Assembly (NCBI GenBank): GCA_050246315.1
Contig: JBFWWG010000003.1
Coordinates: 288,001-352,000, forward strand
Source of the DNA: Nitrospiraceae bacterium
GTDB lineage: Bacteria; Nitrospirota; Nitrospiria; Nitrospirales; Nitrospiraceae
Length of the DNA stretch: 64,000 nucleotides
Direction: 5' to 3'
Below are positions 30,082-39,907 of this stretch, piece by piece; the first letter of the stretch is position 1; every line of letters starts with the position of its first letter. The position numbers were made by a program, and so were the translations under genes. The notes beneath the pieces are model-generated. The model ran no database searches and was not told where the DNA came from. It worked only from the letters and a program-made list of their open reading frames with translations.

Positions 30082-31170
30082 TCACTGCCGGCTGACTCGA
30101 TAGAACGCCCCGATGGTTACAAAGACGAAGATCACGTTGGGAAGCCAGGCGCCGGCCATTGGCGGAATCACCAACGTCGTCACGAGAAATTCGCAGAGCA
30201 TGTTCAACATGTAATAGGCCACAACGATGACCACTCCCACCGCAAAGCCACCCATCCGTCCCGAGCGCTTGGAGACAATGCCAGTTGGAACGCCCAGCAG
30301 ACAAAACACCAGTGTCGCCGTGGGGAAGGCCAGGTCCTTGTAGTACTCCATCAACCGGCGGAGGGCGATCGGATCGCGCCACTGCGATTCATCCAAGACC
30401 TTCAGCAGTTCCTGATACGAGGGACGATCGTCCGCGAGCGCGGCTCCCTGGTTAAGATTCATGCGGATGTCGTACGTCTCGAACGATACCTGTTGGTACC
30501 GTTCCGCCTGTTCAGGACGGCTATGCACGACACCGTGCTGAAGCCGCAGAGATACCTGTTGGGTTGCCGTATCCGTAAAGACCGTATAGCCGCCGGCGAC
30601 GATAATTCGCGGGTCGTCGGGGTTCCGTTCATCCGAGACAAAGATGCCCGGCGCAGCTTCCCCATTCGAACCGACCGGCACATAGACGATCATCTTCGGA
30701 AGCGGCTCGTTGAACACCCCTCGGTCCAGCGCCAAGACCAGTTGATCGCGCAGGAGGCTGAGCGCCACCTTCTTCAAGTTGAAATTCGACCACGGCTGTC
30801 CCCACTGCGCGAGCACGAGCGTCAATCCGAACACCAGACAGGCAAACAACAGGACCGGCTGGGCCAACCGCAAGAGACTCAATCCGGCCGCGCGCATCGC
30901 CACGAGTTCCTTGTCGAACGACAGTCGGCCGAAAGCGGTAATCGAAGCGATGATCGCGGCAATCGGCAGGGTCAAGACAAGAAACGAGGGCAACAGATGC
31001 AGAAAGACTTTGATGACCGCAAACAGCCCGACGCCTTTTGAAACCAACAGTTCGACCAACCGCAACAGCTCGCGGGTCACCATGACAAAACAGAGAGCCG
31101 CCAGGCTGACGGAAAAGGGAGACAGCAGCTCGGCGAAGATATAGCGATCGAGTAGAGTTCTTAACAACAC
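30082..31170 (-). CDS. lptF: LPS export permease LptF
   Basis: LLDRYIFAE, GRLSFDKELVAMRAAGLS, GAWLPN. Confidence 0.88.
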   Translation of the reverse strand: MLLRTLLDRYIFAELLSPFSVSLAALCFVMVTRELLRLVELLVSKGVGLFAVIKVFLHLLPSFLVLTLPIAAIIASITAFGRLSFDKELVAMRAAGLSLLRLAQPVLLFACLVFGLTLVLAQWGQPWSNFNLKKVALSLLRDQLVLALDRGVFNEPLPKMIVYVPVGSNGEAAPGIFVSDERNPDDPRIIVAGGYTVFTDTATQQVSLRLQHGVVHSRPEQAERYQQVSFETYDIRMNLNQGAALADDRPSYQELLKVLDESQWRDPIALRRLMEYYKDLAFPTATLVFCLLGVPTGIVSKRSGRMGGFAVGVVIVVAYYMLNMLCEFLVTTLVIPPMAGAWLPNVIFVFVTIGAFYRVSRQ

Positions 31171-31323
31171 GTGTGGGAACTCATGCGCAGCGGCAGATCA
31201 ATACTAATCGACTCTCCTCGGGATGTAAACCGGAGGCGTGATCCTCATCCGACTCCACCCACGGCTTCCATCCGGAAGCGTTCCTTCCCCGTGGCTGTCG
31301 GCAAACATTGGTAGCAGACCTGC

Positions 31324-31352
31324 TTGACAACCTCCGGAGCCGTAGGTAACAT
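31324..31352 (+). promoter_or_regulatory. Sigma-70 promoter of the cold-shock gene
   Basis: TTGACA-N17-TAACAT. Confidence 0.65.
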
Positions 31353-31526
31353 GCCCGCGGATTTTTTTGGCTTCTAGATGAACGCCTCTCACTTCACCTC
31401 GGCGCCGTCCTTCCGCTTCTTCGTGATTGATCATTCTCAACGCCGTTTGTCGGCAGTCCTGAACCGTCGGTTGTCATCGGCCCAGGCAGCACCCTGTCGC
31501 GTGGCTACACAGGAAAGGAGGGCTGT

Positions 31527-31742
31527 GTGAAAAGTAAGGGGACAGTCAAATGGTTCAATGATCGAAAGGGGTTCGGGTTCATCCGGTTGGACAATGGAGA
31601 TGATGTCTTTGTCCACTATTCGGCTCTGCTCGGCGAAGGATTCAAGACCCTCAAAGAGGGCGAGAGCGTCGAGTTTGACATCGTCCAGGGAGCCAAAGGG
31701 CCGCAAGCTGCCAATGTCTTGAAAACCGCACTGAACGCATAA
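31527..31742 (+). CDS. Cold-shock protein (CspA family)
   Basis: [48 protein letters not shown]. Confidence 0.96.
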   Translation: MKSKGTVKWFNDRKGFGFIRLDNGDDVFVHYSALLGEGFKTLKEGESVEFDIVQGAKGPQAANVLKTALNA

Positions 31743-31768
31743 CGCAACCAGACCAGACCGTTGTTGAT

Positions 31769-31806
31769 GAAGAGCCTCCCGGCTGACTGGGAGGCTCTTC
31801 GTGTTT
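31769..31806 (+). terminator. Probable intrinsic terminator after the csp gene
   Basis: Perfect 12-bp stem GAAGAGCCTCCC/GGGAGGCTCTTC followed by GTGTTT. Confidence 0.65.
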
Positions 31807-31945
31807 CCTGCGACCGCCTCTGCCATCGTTGACGGGGAGAACCCCCTGCGGCCCATGACCGTGCTCGGGCAGGAATAGCGCCATTCATTGACAAATGGCG
31901 ACGCCGCCGATAGGGTGATCCGGTCATGTATCCCGGAGCCTGATC

Positions 31946-33619
31946 TTGGCTGCCGACCGTACGTCCACGCTTCACAACGCCCAGCTCTACGCCTCCAAGG
32001 GCCAGTTCGACGCGGCCATCGGAGAATGGAAGAAACTGGCCCAGGATGCCCCCAACGACGGCACGATCTATAACTCGATCGGCGACCTTCAGCTCAAGCG
32101 CAACGCCAAATCCGAGGCCATCAACGCCTATCTCCAAGCCGCCAAGGCCTTTCGCGATGACGGCGCACCCCTCAAAGCCATCGCCGCCTACAAGAAGATC
32201 TTAAAGATCGACCCGTCCCGGTACGACATCTACCGGTTTTTGGGCGACCTCAACGCCGAACGGGGCCTGCTCAGCAGCGCGGTGTCGGACTACCTGACGC
32301 TGGCCAAATGGTATCTGAAGGAACGAAAAGGCAAAGAGGCCTTGGAGGTCTATCGACTGATCATCCATCAAGACCCCTCCAATCTGGATGCCCAGGAACG
32401 GGTCGCGGAGCTCTGCGTCCAGGAAAATATGCAGGACGAGGCCATCAAGGTCTACTTGCACCTGGGACGAGAACGCTCCGCACAGGGCCGCACGACCGAA
32501 GCCCGAGACGCCTATGCGGCGGCGTTACGGATCGATCCAAACAACCGTGAGGCCGAACAATTCGTCAACGCGGAAAAGCAGGTGACCCAGGAGGTGCTCA
32601 AGCGAGGCCCCGCTCTCGCAGACAGCGAGTGCACCCGCACGGTCGCGGGCGCGTCCGCCCCCGGCGATCTGTTGGGCGAGGCAAGGCGCCGGATGGACGC
32701 CGGGCAATACGAAGGTGCCGAAGCAATGCTGAGCCAGATGTTGTCGCGAGAACCGGGCAATCCGGAAATCTGCCGACTCTTGGCCCGTCTGCACCTCAAA
32801 CAAGGACAGGTCAACGTCGCGCTGAACGAATATCGTTTCCTCGCCGGCTCCGCGCTTCGATCCCAGGAGTATGACCTGGCTGAATCCCTGATCCAGGAAT
32901 TTCTCACGGTCGAGCCGCGCTCGGTCGCGCTCTTGGAGCTGCTCGGCGAGCTCTTCGAGGAAAAGGGAGACGGTCCCGTGGCGGCCCAACATTATGGAAC
33001 GGCGATCGCGGTGCTATTGGACCAGCCGGACCCGAGCCTTCCCTCGCTGCCGGGGGAGCTGTATGAAAAGGTGAGAGGACTCGACCCGGACGGAGCGGTT
33101 CGGGAAAAATTGGCGCCCATTTTCGAACCGAATGCTGCCCCGGTCTCGCAACAGGCGGCAAGCGCGTCGGTCGGCAAGCAAGCCAATCCAAGCGACACAT
33201 CCCCCTCGTCCACAGCCCACCAGGCTCCGACAACAGAGGCCGTTCCGATCGACCATCAGGTCCATTACCAATTGGGCATCGCGTTCAAGAACATGGGGAT
33301 TCCCGAGGAGGCGTTGGCAGAGTTCCAGGTGTCGGTCACGAATCCCCAACTGTATCTGGATTCCTGCCTCATGGTCTCTCAATGCCTTCGAGCATTGACA
33401 CGCCACCAGGAGGCGATCGCCCAACTCGAAGAGGCCCTACGACACCCGGACTGCGCCGGCGACAAGGCGCGCCTGATGCGATACGAGCTGGGCCTGTTGT
33501 ACAAGGCCGAGTCCCATGTCGAGAAGGCACTCAAGATCTTTGAATCCATCGCCGACTTTGCCGACGCCCGCGATCATCTGGAAGACCTACGCCAGCAACA
33601 AGCCGCTCCCTCAGCCTGA
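31946..33619 (+). CDS. Tetratricopeptide-repeat protein
   Basis: Many TPR-like helical repeats (AIAAYKKILKIDP, HYQLGIAFKNMG, RYELGLLY). Confidence 0.85.
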   Translation: MAADRTSTLHNAQLYASKGQFDAAIGEWKKLAQDAPNDGTIYNSIGDLQLKRNAKSEAINAYLQAAKAFRDDGAPLKAIAAYKKILKIDPSRYDIYRFLGDLNAERGLLSSAVSDYLTLAKWYLKERKGKEALEVYRLIIHQDPSNLDAQERVAELCVQENMQDEAIKVYLHLGRERSAQGRTTEARDAYAAALRIDPNNREAEQFVNAEKQVTQEVLKRGPALADSECTRTVAGASAPGDLLGEARRRMDAGQYEGAEAMLSQMLSREPGNPEICRLLARLHLKQGQVNVALNEYRFLAGSALRSQEYDLAESLIQEFLTVEPRSVALLELLGELFEEKGDGPVAAQHYGTAIAVLLDQPDPSLPSLPGELYEKVRGLDPDGAVREKLAPIFEPNAAPVSQQAASASVGKQANPSDTSPSSTAHQAPTTEAVPIDHQVHYQLGIAFKNMGIPEEALAEFQVSVTNPQLYLDSCLMVSQCLRALTRHQEAIAQLEEALRHPDCAGDKARLMRYELGLLYKAESHVEKALKIFESIADFADARDHLEDLRQQQAAPSA

Positions 33620-33832
33620 GGCTGAATCCGACCGTTCCTACCCGCACACTGCCAGACCTCCATCCGGTTTTCATCAATCGGAAGAGCCTGAGAGATTTCG
33701 GGTTCTAGGTCCGGTCACTAAATACGTGTATTTTCTTCCTGTGCCTTCGTGCTCCCTCTTGTCGTCCTAACCTGCTCCTCTTGAAATTGAGACCACCTCT
33801 ACGACATGGTCCTGTGGACCGAGGAGGTGGCA

Positions 33833-34159
33833 ATGGTATCGGAATCAGCAGAACCGATTGAACGATGGACCCCGAGGCGCCGGGACGCGTTGGTGGTCAG
33901 CATTCTGAAGGGCGAGACCTCCGTGGCCGAGGCAGCTCGGCAGCACGGCCTGACCGTGGCGGAGGTGGAGGACTGGCGGGAGAAGTTTCTCCTCGGGGCC
34001 GAGAACGCGCTCCGGACTCGACCCCAGGACGAAGAGGCCGTGAAGGACGAGCAGATCAAGAAGTTGAAACAGAAAATCGGAGATCTGGTGCTCGACCACG
34101 ATATCTTACGGGAGGCGTTGAAACCCTATCCTGTGGACCGGAAGACATCCGACGCGTGA
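33833..34159 (+). CDS. IS3 OrfA (HTH, DUF1153-like)
   Basis: RWTPRRR..LV..ILKGETSVAEAARQHGLT..EVEDW; RBS GAGGAGG. Confidence 0.85.
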   Translation: MVSESAEPIERWTPRRRDALVVSILKGETSVAEAARQHGLTVAEVEDWREKFLLGAENALRTRPQDEEAVKDEQIKKLKQKIGDLVLDHDILREALKPYPVDRKTSDA

Positions 34160-34986
34160 GAGCGCACGTGTCGGGTGTCTCCGAGCGGCGGAGCTGCCAG
34201 GTACTCCGCGTGAACCGAGCCCGCTTGTACAGAGCCATCGGAACAACACGACGCCGAGGCCGGACCGCGCCGCCGTGGCTGGAGCGGTTGCGGCAGCTGA
34301 TCCAACAGTATCCGACGTTTGGGTACCGGCGGCTGTGGGTGCTGTTGCGATTTCGGGAGGGGCGTCTCATCAATCGGAAGGCCGTCTGTCGTGCGCTGAA
34401 ACAGAACGGGTGGTTCGTGCGTCAACGCGTCGTCACCCCACGCCCGCGTGTGAAGCGCTGGGTGAGCGAAGCCAGTCGGAGCAACGAGCGGAGGGCGATG
34501 GATGTCACCCATATTCCCTGTGGCCACGATGGCTGGACCCATCTGGCTGCGGTGATCGACTGTCACGATCGGGAAGTCATCGGCTATGAGGTCGCATTAC
34601 GCAGCCGAGCCAAGGAGGCGGAACGGGCCGTCGAAGCGGCCTGTCTCGCCCGCTTCGGGACCGTGCGTCCCAGTGGCGCTCCGGTTCTGCGAAGTGACAA
34701 CGGGCTGATCTTTCAGAGTCGCCGGTTTCGGCAAGCCTGTCGGGACTATCGGCTGCAGCAGGAAGTTATCACGCCCTACACGCCGGAACAGAACGGGATC
34801 ATCGAGCGGTTCTTTCGCAGTCTCAAAGAAGAGGGCGTCTGGCAGCATGTGTTCCAGACATTCGAAGAAGCGCGACCGGTCATTCGGCAGTGGCTCCAGT
34901 GGTACAACCACGAGCGGCCGCATCAGGCGCTCGGGTATCGAAGCCCGGTTCAGTAGCGGGCTCAACAATCACCGCAGGTGGCTTGA
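34156..34986 (+). pseudogene. IS3 OrfB DDE transposase with premature stop at 34954-34956
   Basis: FGYRRL, MDVTHI, VIDCHDRE, LRSDNG, PEQNG.IERFFRSLKEE, YNHERPHQALG; the frame continues 9 codons past the TAG. Confidence 0.75.
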
Positions 34987-35004
34987 TTTCCAGGGAGCAC
35001 TACA

Positions 35005-35047
35005 ACCTGTCGAAGCACACACATCGAGTTTTTCCGCAGGCTGTTAG
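35005..35047. repeat. REP-like repeat half flanking the IS3 element
   Basis: CCTGTCGAAGCACACACATCGAGTTTTTCCGCAGGCTGTTAG matches the reverse complement of 45006-45050. Confidence 0.7.
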
Positions 35048-35191
35048 AACTGCGCTAGTTGTCCTCTTCCCCAAAGCTTCACCGTTGGCACAAGACCGCC
35101 TGCCACTGATTGCCGACAGCTTCAGCCATTCAGCGTTGTGCAGACCTCCGACCTCAATCAATACGACAGGATGTGGCTATCGGAGGCTTTC

Positions 35192-36157
35192 TTACGTCAC
35201 TTGATTCGGGGCCGGGCGGCCGCTGAGCACCGCGTCGAGATTCTCCAAACAGATCTCGCCCATACGGACACGGGTGCGCCACGTCGCTGACCCCAGATGG
35301 GGCAGGGTGACCACGTGGGGATGATCCAGCAGATCGTGATGAATCGCCGGTTCGCGCTCATATACATCCAGCCCCGCACCGGCCAGCAGCCCTTGCTTCA
35401 ACGCGTGAGCCAGGGCCGCCTCATCGATGACCGGCCCGCGCGACGTATTGATCAAATATGCTGATCGCCGCATGAGGGACAGGGCCTGGGCATCGATCAG
35501 ATGGCGCGTCTCGTCGCTCAGCGGCACATGGAGGCAGACAAAGTCCGATTGCTCCAGAACCTGCCCCAACGACCCTCTCCGCCAGGTATCGGGCACTCCC
35601 GGAACGATGTCCTGACGAGCCGTATACAAGATAGGCATGCGGAAGCCGGCTGCCCGTTCCGCCACCGCCCGGCCGATGCGCCCCAATCCGATGATGCCCA
35701 GCGTGCGGCCGGTGACATCCGCCCCGAGCAGTTGCGTTGGTGCCCAGCCGGTCCAGAGGCGCTGCTGCACCATCGAATGACCTTCCGTCACCCGCCGCGC
35801 CACCGCGAGCAAGAGCGCCCAGGTCAAATCGGCCGTGGCGTCGGTCAGCACATCCGGCGTGTTGGTCACGATGATGCCTCGACGAGCGGCGGCAGCCAGA
35901 TCGATGTTATTGAACCCAACGGCATAGTTGGCGACGATCCTGAGCCGGCGTCCTGCGCTCAACGCGTCGTCGTCCATCCGCTCCGTAAGCGTGCAGATGG
36001 CCGCGTCCGCCTCTTTCACTCCAGCCAGCAACCGTTCACGTGCCGGCGGCTCGTCGCTCGGCTCGTCCATGAGGCGGTATCGTTCGCGCAACTGTGCCAT
36101 CACCGGTTCCGGTAATCGGCGTGCGACAAACACGCGAGGTCGCGGCGCTTCTGTCAT
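35192..36157 (-). CDS. D-2-hydroxyacid dehydrogenase (glyoxylate/hydroxypyruvate reductase-like)
   Basis: AVGFNNID, TNTPDVL, GIIGLGRIG, INTSRG, GLDVYEREP, LPHLGSAT. Confidence 0.92.
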   Translation of the reverse strand: MTEAPRPRVFVARRLPEPVMAQLRERYRLMDEPSDEPPARERLLAGVKEADAAICTLTERMDDDALSAGRRLRIVANYAVGFNNIDLAAAARRGIIVTNTPDVLTDATADLTWALLLAVARRVTEGHSMVQQRLWTGWAPTQLLGADVTGRTLGIIGLGRIGRAVAERAAGFRMPILYTARQDIVPGVPDTWRRGSLGQVLEQSDFVCLHVPLSDETRHLIDAQALSLMRRSAYLINTSRGPVIDEAALAHALKQGLLAGAGLDVYEREPAIHHDLLDHPHVVTLPHLGSATWRTRVRMGEICLENLDAVLSGRPAPNQVT

Positions 36158-36321
36158 CCCTCAAAACTCTTCACGTCATGCATCGACTCGCTATCCTACC
36201 GGGAGCGACCGGCGACCTCAATGACTCCGGAGCAGCACGGGCCATCGCGCCCGCGACACTACGCGGCTTGTCCTTGTGAAAGGGGACCGTCTAGAATGTT
36301 GAGAGGAACTCACGAACCGTC

Positions 36322-39171
36322 ATGCCATTGATCCTTCCAGATACCCGTGCTTCCATTGCCAACGATCTTCGACAGCGATTGGGTCGTGACAAGGTCAAGG
36401 ACGACCAGTCGTCGCGCACAGCCTATGCCGTCGATGCCGGCATCTACCGGTTGACGCCGGATACGATCGCCTTGGTTCAGGACGAGGAGGATATCCAGAC
36501 CGTCGTCCGGTACGCGGTCGAGCGCGGTATCCCCTTAACCCCACGGGCAGCCGGCACCAACCTCACCGGCTCCGCCATCGGGACCGGCATCATCGTGGAC
36601 GTCTCGCCGATGCGTCGCATCTTGGAGGTCAACCGGGACGCAGGCTGGGCCCGAATCCAGCCGGGCATCGTCCTCGCCGAACTGAACAAGCAACTCGCTC
36701 CGCAGCAGGTCATCTTCGGCCCCGATCCCTCCAGCGGGGAAATGTGCAAGCTCGGGGGCATGCTGGCCAACAATTCGTCCGGTCCCCATACGTTGCGTTA
36801 TGGATCCGTGAAGGACAATGTTCAAAGCCTCCGGGTCTGCCTCTCTTCCGGTGAATGGCTCGATGCGAAGCCCTACCGGCTGACGGACCCGTCGCTCCAG
36901 GCGGCAATCGCTCGACATCCCGGCCTTGAGACGATCCGGACGCTTGTGGATCGGCACCGCGCGCTGATTCAGAGCAAGGCCCCGCGCGTCAGCAAGAACA
37001 GTTCCGGCTACAACCTGTTCGGCTTGGCCGATGGGTTTCAAGCCGGCATCTTCGATCTTCCCAAATTATTCATCGGCAGCGAGGGCACGCTCGGGGTGGT
37101 GAGCGAGGCGGTGATTACGTTGGTGCCAAGACCTACGGCGACGGTTACAGCCCTCATTCATTTTGCCCACCTGGACGAGGTCGGCGAGGCGGTTCCGCAG
37201 TTGCTGACGCTTCAGCCGAGCGCCCTTGAAATCATGGACGCCCACACGCTGGACCTGATCGGCCGTTCCCGCCACGGGATTCCGAGCGAGGCCGCCGCTA
37301 CGCTCCTCATCGAGCTCGACGAAGAAACAGGCCAGCCTTCTGTTCAAGAACGCAGCGCCCGCCTTCGGACCTTATGCCGGAGCTTCAAGCTGGCCGGCGA
37401 CATTGCCTTGGCCTTCGATCGCGAGGATCGGGACCAACTCTGGAAGGCCCGCAAGGCCCTCTATCCGACGTTGTATCGCTTCGATGCGAAGAAGAAGCCG
37501 ATCAACTATGTCGACGATGTCGTGGTCCGGGCCGAACGCATCAGCGAGCTAATCCGCTATTTGGACGGAGTCTTCTCTGGCGAACAGGTGCCGGTGGCGA
37601 TCTTCGGTCACATCGGCAACGGCAATGCCCATATCGTGCCGCTCCTTGATGTGAACGATCCCAAGGATTTCGACCGGATGGTCAGGACTTACCATGAGAT
37701 CCACGAGACGGTCCTGACGCGGTTCGATGGCTCCATTTGCGGCGAGCACGGGGATGGGCGTGTGCGGGCCGGCTACGTCCGGCGCATGTTCGGCGACGAG
37801 CTGTATCAGCTCTTCGTCCAGGTGAAGCAGGCACTTGATCCCTCCGGTCTGCTCAACCCCGGTGTCAAGCTCAGCGAGACGCCCTTTACCGAGCACATCG
37901 ACTATACGCGCCTCTCGAAGAGCTGTGCGACCTGCGCCAAGTGCAACGCGGTCTGCCCGGTCTACGATGTCTTCCAATCCGAAGACATGAGTTCGCGCGG
38001 TTGGTACGAAATCGTCACGGCCTCGGATTACAGCTATCTCGAATCCAAGCGGGTGGTGGAAGCTTGCCTCAATTGCAAGTCCTGCCGCACGGTCTGCCCG
38101 GCCGGTGTGGACGTGTCCGAACTGATCCTCCAAAAGCGCGCGGAGCGGCCGAACCAAGCCGCCGGCTGGATCTTTCGGTTGCACGCACACCCGAGATGGT
38201 TCGAGCCCCTGCTGAAACTGCTCGCCCGGACGCAACCTTGGTGGGACCGGCCGACCGTGCGGACTTGGATCGACCGAGTGACCAGGCCGTTCCTGCGACG
38301 GATCGCCGAGACGGCCCGGCTTGCACCGGACATTGCGCTCCCGGCCCTCGCGCACCGCCTCCTCCGAGACCGGCACCGGTCGTTGGTCCCCTCAGGCAAT
38401 CGACCCCCGCGGCGCGTCGCCTACTTCCATGGCTGCGCGGCCAACTACTTCGACGATGGAGTGGGCGATGCGGTGATCACGGTGCTGCGCCGGCTGAATC
38501 TGGAGCCGGACCTGCCGCCGCAACGCTGTTCCGGCACGCCGATTGAGACCTACGGCCATCGAGCCTTGGCCAAGGAGGGGGCTCGGTTCAACCTTCGCTC
38601 GCTGGCTCCTTATGAGACAGTGGTGACCGGTTGCGCCTCCTGTACATTGATGCTCAAGGACTATGCGCAGCTCTTCGCCGGCGAGCCGGAAGAGGCGGAA
38701 GCGCTCCGGTTGGCCGGCCGGGTCAGACATATTTCCGAGGTCGTGGCCGAGGCGCCGGTGCTCTCGGCATCTGCTTCGCGCCGTACCTCTCCCACCGGCG
38801 GACGTAAGGTCACCTATCATTCGTCATGCCACCTGCGGGCCGCAGGAGTCACCAAGCCACCGAGGCAGGTCTTGACCCAGCTTCCCGGAATCGAGTACGT
38901 GGAGATGGTCGATGCCGACCGATGCGCGGGAGGGGCGGGGACCTACCTCGTCAAGGACTATGAGACCTCACAACGCATCGTCGAGCGCAAACGGCGCGCC
39001 GTGGAGCAGAGCGGCGCGGAGGTCGTCGCGACCAGTTGCCCCGCCTGCATGATCCAATTGCGGACGGGCCTGCAGGGTCGGGCGGACGTGCAGCACGTGG
39101 CTCAATTGGTGGCGGACGCCCTGGGGGAGACGCCTTCACCTCACGAAAATGGAGGAGACGGGTCTGCGTGA
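36322..39171 (+). CDS. FAD-linked Fe-S oxidoreductase (GlcD-GlcF/Dld-like fusion)
   Basis: PRAAGTNL.G, GSEGTLG, GHIG.GN.H, GEHGDG, LNPG; CATCAKC..VCP, CLNCKSC..VCP; two CCG-like domains. Confidence 0.9.
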   Translation: MPLILPDTRASIANDLRQRLGRDKVKDDQSSRTAYAVDAGIYRLTPDTIALVQDEEDIQTVVRYAVERGIPLTPRAAGTNLTGSAIGTGIIVDVSPMRRILEVNRDAGWARIQPGIVLAELNKQLAPQQVIFGPDPSSGEMCKLGGMLANNSSGPHTLRYGSVKDNVQSLRVCLSSGEWLDAKPYRLTDPSLQAAIARHPGLETIRTLVDRHRALIQSKAPRVSKNSSGYNLFGLADGFQAGIFDLPKLFIGSEGTLGVVSEAVITLVPRPTATVTALIHFAHLDEVGEAVPQLLTLQPSALEIMDAHTLDLIGRSRHGIPSEAAATLLIELDEETGQPSVQERSARLRTLCRSFKLAGDIALAFDREDRDQLWKARKALYPTLYRFDAKKKPINYVDDVVVRAERISELIRYLDGVFSGEQVPVAIFGHIGNGNAHIVPLLDVNDPKDFDRMVRTYHEIHETVLTRFDGSICGEHGDGRVRAGYVRRMFGDELYQLFVQVKQALDPSGLLNPGVKLSETPFTEHIDYTRLSKSCATCAKCNAVCPVYDVFQSEDMSSRGWYEIVTASDYSYLESKRVVEACLNCKSCRTVCPAGVDVSELILQKRAERPNQAAGWIFRLHAHPRWFEPLLKLLARTQPWWDRPTVRTWIDRVTRPFLRRIAETARLAPDIALPALAHRLLRDRHRSLVPSGNRPPRRVAYFHGCAANYFDDGVGDAVITVLRRLNLEPDLPPQRCSGTPIETYGHRALAKEGARFNLRSLAPYETVVTGCASCTLMLKDYAQLFAGEPEEAEALRLAGRVRHISEVVAEAPVLSASASRRTSPTGGRKVTYHSSCHLRAAGVTKPPRQVLTQLPGIEYVEMVDADRCAGGAGTYLVKDYETSQRIVERKRRAVEQSGAEVVATSCPACMIQLRTGLQGRADVQHVAQLVADALGETPSPHENGGDGSA

Positions 39172-39419
39172 GGCTGAGAAGAATCGATCTGTTGTTTCTG
39201 GTCGGGGCACTGGCCGTGGTGATCGGGGTGTCGTTGTTGCCGTCGCCGCGGGACCGCAATCCCATGGTTCCGGCCACGCCGGACCACCGCAACCTGAGGT
39301 CGGAAGCCGAGTGCCTTTCTTGCCACGCTCCGGGTGGCAGCCGTCCGTTACCGGCGCGGCATCCCAAGCGGCCGGATTGTATTCACTGCCACCGGACAGC
39401 CGAGGGAGCTGCTGGTTGA
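39168..39419 (+). CDS. Small membrane-anchored diheme c-type cytochrome
   Basis: GTG start overlaps the upstream TGA; N-terminal TM segment; CLSCH and CIHCH. Confidence 0.8.
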   Translation: MRLRRIDLLFLVGALAVVIGVSLLPSPRDRNPMVPATPDHRNLRSEAECLSCHAPGGSRPLPARHPKRPDCIHCHRTAEGAAG

Positions 39420-39438
39420 GAAGGAGAGGACAGCCTTA

Positions 39439-39717
39439 ATGATCAGAATTTCAATTATCGGACCCGCCCTACATCAGTTGATCCAAGAGCCGGAAATGGA
39501 GCTGGACCTGGCCGCTCCAATGAGCGTGAAGAGTTTGCTGGAAGCCTATCCCGATCAACTTGGCCCTCTCTCGCCCTTGCTGCAAAACGCGGGACTTCTG
39601 ATCACGGTCAACCGCAAGATCGGCACGGCCGACACGATGGTCAAGGACGGCGATGCGGTGAAATTCACCCATCAAGCGGTCTTCAGCTATGACGGAGCCC
39701 GCTGGCACAACCCGTAG
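39439..39717 (+). CDS. MoaD/ThiS-like beta-grasp protein lacking a C-terminal GG
   Basis: SVKSLLE...LITVN...DTMVKDGDAVKF pattern; RBS AAGGAGAGG. Confidence 0.7.
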   Translation: MIRISIIGPALHQLIQEPEMELDLAAPMSVKSLLEAYPDQLGPLSPLLQNAGLLITVNRKIGTADTMVKDGDAVKFTHQAVFSYDGARWHNP

Positions 39718-39907
39718 CCTGTCCGACATTGACCGTTCTACTGCTCTACTGCGACAAACGAAGTGCGGTCATCTGCGTCGGGCTCGGCCAGAAACAATCC
39801 GAAGCACCCCTTGCTCCGGGACTGCAATGGGTCCAACGCATCGCGACTCCGCCAGCGCCATTTGGAGTTGAGAAGCAAATCGGATTGGATGGGAGAGCGA
39901 GAAGGAG

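Larger units (their letters stand above)
33773..35004 (+). mobile_element. IS3-family insertion sequence (decayed)
   Basis: TG...CA ends with imperfect IRs (TGCTCC..GAAAT..CCACC), 3-bp ACC flanking duplication, orfA/orfB. Confidence 0.88.
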
